Assembly (NCBI RefSeq): GCF_000008625.1
Contig: NC_000918.1
Coordinates: 630,001 to 662,000 of the forward strand
Reading direction: 5' to 3'
DNA: 32,000 bases
From: Aquifex aeolicus VF5
Lineage (GTDB): Bacteria > Aquificota > Aquificia > Aquificales > Aquificaceae
Shown: piece after piece, positions 22,894-30,509 of the stretch
How positions within the stretch are numbered: the stretch's first letter is position 1
Layout: each line of letters starts with the position of its first letter
The notes under the pieces: model-generated
Seen by the model: only the letters and a program-made list of their open reading frames with translations
Database searches by the model: none
What the model was told of the DNA's origin: nothing
Position numbers and translations under genes: made by a program

Positions 22894-23819
22894 AAAAAGG
22901 AGTAATACTTATAAACCTCGGCGGACCTGATTCTCTGGAAGCGGTAGAGCCGTTCCTTTATAACCTTTTCTCAGATCCAGATATTTTCTCCTTACCCTTT
23001 CAAAAAGTTCTCGCAAAAATAATCGCAAAGTTAAGGGCTAAAAAAACGAGACATTACTACGAGCTTATGGGAGGAAAGTCTCCCCAATACGAACAAACCC
23101 TTGAACAGGCTAAAGCACTTCAGGAAAGACTAGGAGAAGATTACAAGGTAGTTGTGGGAATGAGATACTGGAAACCTTACATAAAAGACGCACTTTCTGA
23201 ACTCCTGAAGGAAGGAATAAACGAAGTAATACTCCTTCCCCTGTACCCCCAGTACAGCAAAACGACAACTGGTTCCGCTTTTAACGAGTTTGAAAGGAGC
23301 AAAAAAGCCCTCAAAGCGGACCACATTAAAGTTAAGAAAATAGAACACTTTTACGACCACCCCCTCTATATAAAGGCGTGGGCCGAGCAGATAAAACAGA
23401 GCGTTGAAAAGCCCGAAGAATACCATTTTCTCTTTTCCGCCCACAGCCTTCCCAAGAAATTGATAGAAGAAGGAGACCCTTATCAGGAACAAACCGAAAA
23501 AACGGTAAAACTCATTATGGAAAATTTCCCTGAAGTAGAATACACGCTTGCTTACCAGAGTAAAGTGGGTTTCGGAAAGTGGCTCGAACCCTCAACAGAC
23601 GAAGTAATCAGAAACCTGATTAAGAAAGAAGTTAAAAAGTTATTAGTTATTCCCATATCCTTTGTTTCCGAACACAGCGAAACCCTTTACGAACTCGACA
23701 AACAATACAGAGAACTTGCCCAAGAACTGGGATACGAAGAATTCGTAAGAGTCCCTACTCTAAGAACAAACCCCTACTTCATATCTGCACTTGAAGATTT
23801 AGTAAAAAATGAAGTATAG
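22890..23819 (+). CDS. hemH: ferrochelatase
   Basis: GVILINLGGPDSLEAVEPFLYNLFSDPDI; LFSAHSLPKKLIEEGDPY; PISFVSEHSETLYELD. Confidence 0.95.
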   Translation: MKKGVILINLGGPDSLEAVEPFLYNLFSDPDIFSLPFQKVLAKIIAKLRAKKTRHYYELMGGKSPQYEQTLEQAKALQERLGEDYKVVVGMRYWKPYIKDALSELLKEGINEVILLPLYPQYSKTTTGSAFNEFERSKKALKADHIKVKKIEHFYDHPLYIKAWAEQIKQSVEKPEEYHFLFSAHSLPKKLIEEGDPYQEQTEKTVKLIMENFPEVEYTLAYQSKVGFGKWLEPSTDEVIRNLIKKEVKKLLVIPISFVSEHSETLYELDKQYRELAQELGYEEFVRVPTLRTNPYFISALEDLVKNEV

Positions 23820-23832
23820 TAAAATTAAGTAA

Positions 23833-23849
23833 AGGGCTTTTTTAGCCCT
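23833..23849. terminator. hairpin AGGGCT-TTTTT-AGCCCT, probable terminator after hemH
   Basis: Perfect 6-bp inverted repeat 14 nt after the hemH stop; a related but degraded version (agggcttttttagc) is present at 19821-19834. Confidence 0.5.
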
Positions 23850-23855
23850 CTCGTG

Positions 23856-24091
23856 GCTCCTTGGCAACTGAATAGGGTTTATGGGTCTTGATAAGTGATG
23901 CTTTGATGATGTGATGAAATGAAATCATGATGTGATATGATTGAAGTGATTGAAAATCAAGGGTAAAAATTTTATAAAGGCATACTCAATTTTGCAGAAC
24001 CTCGGGTTAGCGGAAATTAACATTCGTTTCATTAAGGTCAGAAGTCTAATAAGTTATTTATAAAGCGTTTTTTTAGACACAGGCGTGCAGG
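23856..24091 (+). promoter_or_regulatory. CRISPR leader, copy 2 (active-position leader)
   Basis: AT-rich block immediately 5' of the first CRISPR repeat and duplicated at 19832-20070; contains ttatttataaag, a possible -10 region, about 25-35 nt upstream of the first repeat. Confidence 0.85.
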
Positions 24092-24256
24092 GTTCCTAAT
24101 GTACCATAGAGGAGTTGAAACGTCGTCTATGAAGTCGTAAGCCTCTTTAAGTTTTTGTTTAGTTCCTAATGTACCGTGCGGAGCTTAAACTTTTATCATG
24201 TATGTACAGGATTATTTGAATCTTGTGGTTATGCCCTAATAATGAGGGATTGTGAT
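24092..24256 (+). CRISPR. minimal CRISPR array: R1 (24092-24121), 40-nt spacer (24122-24161), R2 (24162-24190), 37-nt spacer-like segment (24191-24227), R' (24228-24256)
   Basis: R1 GTTCCTAATGTACCATAGAGGAGTTGAAAC and R2 GTTCCTAATGTACCGTGCGGAGCTTAAAC; consistent with a GTTCCTAATGTACCGTGTGGAGTTGAAAC-type repeat that I recall from A. aeolicus; typical 3' TTGAAAC end. Confidence 0.88.
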
Positions 24257-24538
24257 TCCATAACATTCCGTATTGACGAATGCCCTGTTCCCCTCCTGAG
24301 CATAAAGAATGCTTACCTGAAAGTTAATGAAATATCTCCCGAAGACTTTGTTGATAGAATTAAGCATTCCGGCTATCTTTCAATGCTAAGAAAAGGGGAA
24401 TTAATTAAAACTTTAGAATGTGATTTTAATCTAAATTTAAGAAAAAAGTGCGAGAAAAATCTGGAAAAAGGAGACAAGGCTATATTAATAATCCATGAAG
24501 AAAAGGAATTAAAGTTTTTCGATATTGAGGTCTTGTAA
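24242..24538 (+). CDS. orphan small protein next to the CRISPR array (98 aa from the internal ATG)
   Basis: Track ORF 24176-24538 starts inside repeat R2, so the true start is later; the segment PVPLLSIKNAYLKVNEISPEDFVDRIKHSGYLSML...LEKGDKAILIIHEEKELKFFDIEVL has a protein-like composition. Confidence 0.5.
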   Translation: MRDCDSITFRIDECPVPLLSIKNAYLKVNEISPEDFVDRIKHSGYLSMLRKGELIKTLECDFNLNLRKKCEKNLEKGDKAILIIHEEKELKFFDIEVL

Positions 24539-24541
24539 ACT

Positions 24542-25630
24542 TTACTCCTGAAGCAAGGCCTTGGGGTAAGAACCGAGAACCTTCAGGAATTGGGTTTTTT
24601 CTTTGAGTTCTTTCAATGCCTTTTCTACTCTCTCTTCTTCCTTGTGTCCTTCTAAATCTACGAAAAAGACGTAATCCCAAGCCTTCTTCTTTGATGGTCT
24701 TGATTCGATCTTGGTTAAGTTAATTCCGTGTTTGTAAAAGACTTCTAAGGCTTTGTAGAGAGCTCCGGGCTCGTCTTTTACACCGAAAAGTATGCTCGTC
24801 TTATCGCTTCCCGTGGGTTTTAAATCCCTCTTCGCTATAACTAAGAACCTCGTGAAGTTGTCTCCCGAATCCTGAATGTTTCTTGCGAGTATGTTGAGGT
24901 GGTAAGTGTAGGCCGCAACTTCCGAGGCTACGGCTCCAGCTCTCTCATCTTCAAGGGCGATTTCACAAGCTTTTGCGGTGCTCTCTACTTCTATAACCTG
25001 TACACTCGGAAGATTTTTCTCAAGCCAACTCCTGCACTGGGCAAGGGCCATTTTATGGGAATAAACCTTTTCAACGTTTTCTATACTATCCGAAGCCGAG
25101 AGCAAGTGTAGCGTTATGGGTATCACTATCTCTCCCGCAATCTTTACGTCACTTTCCAGGAACATGTCAAGGGTGTAATTAACTACTCCCTCTATCGTGT
25201 TTTCCACGGGAACTACGCCGTAATCCGCCCTTTTCGTTTCCACTTCCACGAACACGTCCCTTATGGTGGAACATGGTGTGTAGTGAGCAGAAAATCCGAA
25301 AAACTCAAGGGCAGCTTGATGGGTAAATGTAGCCTTTGGACCAAGGTAGGCTACTTTTATTTTCTTTTCTAAGGAAAGACAAGCGGAGATAATCTCCCTG
25401 TATATGTGAACGAGTGCCTCTTGAGGAAAAACACCGCCGTAAACTTCTTTGTTAAGCCTCAGTATTTTTTCAAAAATTTCCCTTTCCCTTTCGGGGACGT
25501 GTATGGGGAGGTTTGCCTTTGACTTTATTTCCCCTATCCTCTTTGCAAGCTTTGCCCTTTCGTTTAAGAGCCTGAGTATCTCTTCGTCTATCCTGTCTAT
25601 CTCTTTTCTGAGTTCCTTTAGCTCTTCCAT
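24542..25630 (-). CDS. pheA: bifunctional chorismate mutase / prephenate dehydratase
   Basis: N-terminal LRKEIDRIDEEILRLLNERAKLAKRIGEIK (CM) and KVAYLGPKATFTHQAA...GVVPVENTIEGVV...ESRPSKKKAWDYVFFVDLEG (PDT/ACT). Confidence 0.96.
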   Translation of the reverse strand: MEELKELRKEIDRIDEEILRLLNERAKLAKRIGEIKSKANLPIHVPEREREIFEKILRLNKEVYGGVFPQEALVHIYREIISACLSLEKKIKVAYLGPKATFTHQAALEFFGFSAHYTPCSTIRDVFVEVETKRADYGVVPVENTIEGVVNYTLDMFLESDVKIAGEIVIPITLHLLSASDSIENVEKVYSHKMALAQCRSWLEKNLPSVQVIEVESTAKACEIALEDERAGAVASEVAAYTYHLNILARNIQDSGDNFTRFLVIAKRDLKPTGSDKTSILFGVKDEPGALYKALEVFYKHGINLTKIESRPSKKKAWDYVFFVDLEGHKEEERVEKALKELKEKTQFLKVLGSYPKALLQE

Positions 25631-25684
25631 TCCAGACTTAAAATTTTATGTTAAAATAACCTCTCTCGTAAAAGGAGGCATCGC

Positions 25685-26040
<356 letters not shown>

Positions 26041-26041
<1 letters not shown>

Positions 26042-27057
26042 TGGAAAAGCTCGACAAAATCCTCGAGGAGTTAAAATTACTCCTCTCTTCTGTCTCTTCC
26101 CTTAAAGAACTTCAAGAAGTAAGGAGCAAGTTCTTAGGGAGTAAGGGTGTCATAAAGGAGCTTCTCAAGAAAATCAAGGAAGTTCCCTCCGAAGAGAGGA
26201 AGGAGTACGGAAAAAGAGTTAACCTACTCAAGGAAGAGGCTGAAAAGCTAATAAAGGAAAAGGAAGAGGAACTCAAGGAAAGGGAACTTGAAGAAAAGCT
26301 AAAAGGCGAATGGGTTGACCTGAGCATTCCTCCGGCTAGGACTGTAGGTTCTCTTCACCCCATAACAGTTACGCTCGAGAGGATTGTGACGATATTCAGA
26401 GGAATGGGATTTGAGGTTGAGGAAGGTCCCGAGGTAGAGAGGGAAGAGTATAACTTTGATATGCTCAACATTCCCAAGGAACACCCTGCAAGGGACATGC
26501 AGGATACTTTTTACGTAAACAGGGAGGGCTACCTTCTGAGGACTCACACCTCTCCCGTCCAGATAAGAACCATGCTCAAGAAAAAGCCTCCCATCCAGAT
26601 AATAGCCCCCGGGAAGGTTTACAGGAGGGACGACGATCCCACTCACTCTCCTATGTTCCATCAGGTTGAAGGGCTTGTTGTAAACGAGTATGCAAACTTC
26701 AGACACATGAAGTACGTAATTGAGGAATTCCTGAAGAAGTTCTTTGAAACTGACCTTCCTGTGAGGTTCAGAACCTCATACTTTCCCTTCACGGAGCCCT
26801 CCGCGGAAGTTGACATAGGTTGTGTTATATGTCATCAGGAGGGTTGCAGGGTTTGTAAACATACGGGATGGCTTGAAGTAATGGGTTGCGGAATGGTTCA
26901 CCCTAAGGTTCTCGAAAACTGCGGTATAGACACGGATTTTTACCAGGGATTTGCCTTCGGAATGGGTGTTGAGAGACTCGCGATGCTCCTCTTTGGCATA
27001 GATAACATAAAGCTCTTTTACGAAAACGACCTCAGGTTCATAAAGCAGTTCTTCTGA
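26041..27057 (+). CDS. pheS: phenylalanyl-tRNA synthetase alpha subunit
   Basis: HPITVTLERIVTIFRGMGFEVEEGPEVE...LLRTHTSPVQIRTM...CGMVHPKVLENCGID...GFAFGMGVERLAML; start ATG at 26041. Confidence 0.97.
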
Positions 27058-27065
27058 AGGTTAAA

Positions 27066-27836
27066 ATGAGAAAGCAGATCGTAGAACTATTTTTAATAAT
27101 CCTCGCTGTTTTATTCATAAGGGAGTACATAGCACAGGCTTACACCATTCCCTCCGCATCTATGGAGCCTACCCTTCTCGTAGGAGATTTCATACTGGTG
27201 AACAAACTCGTTTACTCGCTCTCTGAACCCATGCGGGGGGATATGATAGTATTCAAGTATCCAAAGAATCCCGACATAGACTTCATAAAACGCATAATTG
27301 CAAGGGGCGGGGATACCGTTGAGTTCTTTCCTTACTACGATGAGAAAAACAACGTCCTTATATACAAGGTTGCGGTAAACGGAAAGCTTTACGAACTCAC
27401 CTACGAAGGGGAAAAGAACTATTCCTACGACTGCTACCAGTACAGAGAAAAGCTCTACAGGGAAGACGGAGAAGTTATACAGCACAGCGTGTGTTTCAGG
27501 AATACACTTTTAAAAGTACCAGGGATGGTCTATAACGCGATAAGTTCTGATCTCTGTCTGAAGTACAACGAAGACGGCTTTTGCGTTAAGTTTGTAGTGC
27601 CCGAAGGCTACTACTTCGTAATGGGGGACAACAGGGACAACAGTCAGGACAGCAGGTTCTGGGGTTTTGTGCCGAGGGAAAACATAGAGGGTAAAGCTTT
27701 CGTGATTTACTACTCCGGAAAGGTCCCGTCTCTCACTCCCGAAGAGGCTAATCCCCTTACGGCGGTAAGACAGATAATTTACGCTCTGCTGAATCCGAGA
27801 CCTTCAAGAATAGGTAAGCCTTTGATAGACAAGTGA
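27066..27836 (+). CDS. lepB: signal peptidase I
   Basis: YTIPSASMEPTLLVGDFILVNK (catalytic Ser) and DFIKRIIARGGDTVE (catalytic Lys); VMGDNRDNSQDSRFWGFVP. Confidence 0.95.
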   Translation: MRKQIVELFLIILAVLFIREYIAQAYTIPSASMEPTLLVGDFILVNKLVYSLSEPMRGDMIVFKYPKNPDIDFIKRIIARGGDTVEFFPYYDEKNNVLIYKVAVNGKLYELTYEGEKNYSYDCYQYREKLYREDGEVIQHSVCFRNTLLKVPGMVYNAISSDLCLKYNEDGFCVKFVVPEGYYFVMGDNRDNSQDSRFWGFVPRENIEGKAFVIYYSGKVPSLTPEEANPLTAVRQIIYALLNPRPSRIGKPLIDK

Positions 27837-28306
27837 TGGAACTCCGAATTGGTTTTGGTTTTGACTCTCACGAATTTGTAGAAGGAAAGTTATTAATTCT
27901 AGGCGGAGTGGAAATTGAAAAAGATTATGGACTGAAGGGGCACTCGGACGGGGACGCCCTTCTCCACGCTATAACGGACGCCATTCTCGGAGCCCTCGGA
28001 GAGAGGGACATAGGTGAGATTTTTAAGGACACGGATCCGAGATGGAAAAACGCACCTTCGCGGATTTTCCTTGAAAAGGCTCTGGAAGTAATGAGTGAAA
28101 AAGGATTTAACATATCAAATATCGACTGCGTAATTGTTGCAGACAGACCGAAGATAGCACCTCACAAGGAAAGGATAAAGGAAAGTCTTTCAAAACTCCT
28201 CGGCATTCCGAAGGAAAGGATTTCCTTAAAAGGAAAGAGGAGAGAGGGTTTTTGTGAAGGAAACGGACTCGTGTGTATGTGTACGGTGTTGCTCGTTAAA
28301 ATGTAA
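27833..28306 (+). CDS. ispF: 2-C-methyl-D-erythritol 2,4-cyclodiphosphate synthase
   Basis: RIGFGFDSHEFVEG...GLKGHSDGDALLHAITDAILGA; 4-nt overlap with lepB. Confidence 0.96.
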   Translation: MMELRIGFGFDSHEFVEGKLLILGGVEIEKDYGLKGHSDGDALLHAITDAILGALGERDIGEIFKDTDPRWKNAPSRIFLEKALEVMSEKGFNISNIDCVIVADRPKIAPHKERIKESLSKLLGIPKERISLKGKRREGFCEGNGLVCMCTVLLVKM

Positions 28307-28312
28307 ATACCC

Positions 28313-28803
28313 ATGGAAAATTTCCTCAGCTTCTTCAGGATACTGATAACCTTTCCGGTAGTCTTTCTTATACTGGAGAAAGAATTTTTCCTCGCCTTCT
28401 GGCTTTATTTGGTAGGAGCTCTGACCGACTGGTTTGACGGAAACCTTGCGAGAAAGAATAAAAGAGTTTCAAACTTTGGGAAACTCCTCGATCCTTACGC
28501 GGATAAGGTTTTTGTCCTGCTTCCCTTAATAGCCCTCGTAGAGGTAAAGAAGGTAAAGGCAATCTGGGTAATACTCCTTACATTCAGGGAACTGAGTATT
28601 TCCTTTTTCAGGAGCGTTATGGTAGAAAAGGGGATTTACATGGAAGCAAGCTTCACGGGAAAGCTGAAAGCCTTTCTTGAGTTCAGCGCTATATCCCTCA
28701 TACTCCTCGGTGTTGAGCTCGGGAATTACCTTTTGATCCTCGCCGTGATATTTGCCTACATCTCCGCTTCGGGTACCTCAAAAGGTTCTGGGCTCTCATT
28801 TAA
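28313..28803 (+). CDS. pgsA: CDP-diacylglycerol-glycerol-3-phosphate 3-phosphatidyltransferase; probable frameshift near the 3' end
   Basis: CDP-alcohol phosphotransferase motif DWFDGNLARKNKRVSNFGKLLDPYADK. The open frame beyond about 28770 runs antisense through nadE; a +1/-1 change near 28768-28773 would give ...GYLKRFWALI* ending at 28803. Confidence 0.8.
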
Positions 28804-30499
28804 AGAACTTGTTCGTTACGGGCATCCTCCAGTCCTTTCCGAAAGCCCTGCTCGTGATCTTTGGTCCGATGGGTGCCTGCTTTCTCTTGTACTCGTTTTT
28901 CCTTATCATGTTTATGGTCTTGTACACCGCATCCCTCGGAAGTCCTTTCCTGATTATCTCTTCAGGGCTCAAGTTCTCCTCTATGTAAAGCATGAGTATT
29001 TGATCCAGTATCTCGTAAGGCGGGAGTACGTCCTGATCTGTCTGATTTGGTCTGAGCTCCGCCGAAGGCGGTTTTTTAAACACTCTTTCGGGAATATCGG
29101 GGCTTATGGAGTTTCTGTACCTTGCGAGTTTGTAAACCCACGTTTTGTAAACGTCTTTTATCGGGGCAAAACCTCCCGCCATGTCCCCGTATATGGTTGT
29201 GTAGCCCACTGCCGTTTCACTCTTGTTTGAAGTGGAAAGAACGAGATAACGGAACTTATTTGAAAAGTAAAAGAGGATGTTTGCCCTTATGCGTGCCTGT
29301 ATGTTTTCGTCGGCAACGTCAAAGGTAATTTCACATATTTCTTTCTCAAACTCGTTAAAGTAAGCCCTGTAAATTTCTTTTATCGGTATGACGTGAAACT
29401 CTATACCGAGGTTCTGGGCTAGGGCTTTAGCGTCCTCGTAACTCTCCTTTGAGGAAAACTGAGAGGGCATATACACACCTTTCACGTTTTCCCTTCCGAG
29501 GGCATCTACCGCAAGGCAGGCAACAAAAGAGCTGTCTATCCCACCCGAAAGCCCAAGGACAACCTTCTCAAATCCGTTTTTCCTAACGTAGTCCCTCAGA
29601 CTGAGCTTTAGAGCGGCGTAAATCTCCTCCTCTTCCTTTGGGTTTTCCTCAATCCTTCCTCTAAAAAACTCTTTATCGGGAAGAGAAACACTCCTTTTCA
29701 CGTTCACTTTTTCCCTTCCGTAACTCCCTTCCCTCCACCTCAGATCGAGAAGTCTCTTTCTCTTTGCTTCGCCGAGGTCCAAGGTAACGGTGAGTATGTC
29801 TTCTTCGAAAGCCTTTGCCCTCGCTACGAGTTTACCGAAGGGAGAAATTACGATACTCCTTCCGTCGAAAACGAGTTCGTCCTGCCCGCCCACGAGGTTC
29901 ACGTAAGCAACAAAACAGAGGTTATCCTCAGCCCTTGACTTTAAAAAGCTCTCTTTAAAGGAGTACTTGTTTACGTGGTAAGGTGAGGCGTTTACGTTTA
30001 CAATGAGTTCCGCTCCCGAGAGTGCGGTTTGCCTTTCAACTCCGTCGGGATACCATATGTCCTCGCATATGGAAAAGGAGACTTTATGCCCGTTTACCTC
30101 TATCATTAATGGTTCTTCTCCTTTCCTGAAGTACCTGTACTCGTCAAAAACGCTGTAATTGGGCAAAAAGTGTTTTTTATAAATCCCCAGAACTTCTCCT
30201 CTGTGTATTACCGCCAGGGCGTTGTAAAGGTCAAACTCGTAGTATGGCAGTCCAACAGCGACGATAACGTCGTAATTCCTCGTGTGGTGAATTATTTGAT
30301 CAAACGCTTTTTCACACTCTTTCAAGAAATGGGGTTGTAAAAGGAGGTCTTCGGGGGGATAACCGCTCAGGGAAAGTTCGGGAAAGGCTATTATGTGACT
30401 CTTTTCCGAGTACTCGTCTATAACCTTTAAAATCTTCTCTTTATTCCCTTCTACGTCTCCTACGGTAAAGTTGAGCTGGGCGAGCGTGAGGTTGAGCAT
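28796..30499 (-). CDS. nadE: glutamine-dependent NAD+ synthetase
   Basis: N-terminal nitrilase/amidase domain (IIAFPELSLSGYPPEDLL; SICEDIWYP) and C-terminal LGLSGGIDSSFVACLAVDALG synthetase motif. Confidence 0.95.
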   Translation of the reverse strand: MLNLTLAQLNFTVGDVEGNKEKILKVIDEYSEKSHIIAFPELSLSGYPPEDLLLQPHFLKECEKAFDQIIHHTRNYDVIVAVGLPYYEFDLYNALAVIHRGEVLGIYKKHFLPNYSVFDEYRYFRKGEEPLMIEVNGHKVSFSICEDIWYPDGVERQTALSGAELIVNVNASPYHVNKYSFKESFLKSRAEDNLCFVAYVNLVGGQDELVFDGRSIVISPFGKLVARAKAFEEDILTVTLDLGEAKRKRLLDLRWREGSYGREKVNVKRSVSLPDKEFFRGRIEENPKEEEEIYAALKLSLRDYVRKNGFEKVVLGLSGGIDSSFVACLAVDALGRENVKGVYMPSQFSSKESYEDAKALAQNLGIEFHVIPIKEIYRAYFNEFEKEICEITFDVADENIQARIRANILFYFSNKFRYLVLSTSNKSETAVGYTTIYGDMAGGFAPIKDVYKTWVYKLARYRNSISPDIPERVFKKPPSAELRPNQTDQDVLPPYEILDQILMLYIEENLSPEEIIRKGLPRDAVYKTINMIRKNEYKRKQAPIGPKITSRAFGKDWRMPVTNKFFK

Positions 30500-30509
30500 T
30501 AAATAAATA

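Noticed and set aside
24176-24241. N-terminal part of the 118-aa ORF starting within CRISPR repeat R2
   Set aside because: It translates repeat and spacer sequence (MRSLNFYHVCTGLFESCGYALI), so it is not credible as native protein.
19050-24256. Insertion sequence or composite transposon bounded by the two leaders
   Set aside because: No transposase, target-site duplication or terminal inverted repeats; the content between the copies is housekeeping genes.
28804-29230. C-terminal 140-aa extension of the pgsA ORF
   Set aside because: Entirely antisense to well-supported nadE; treated as spurious continuation after a probable frameshift.
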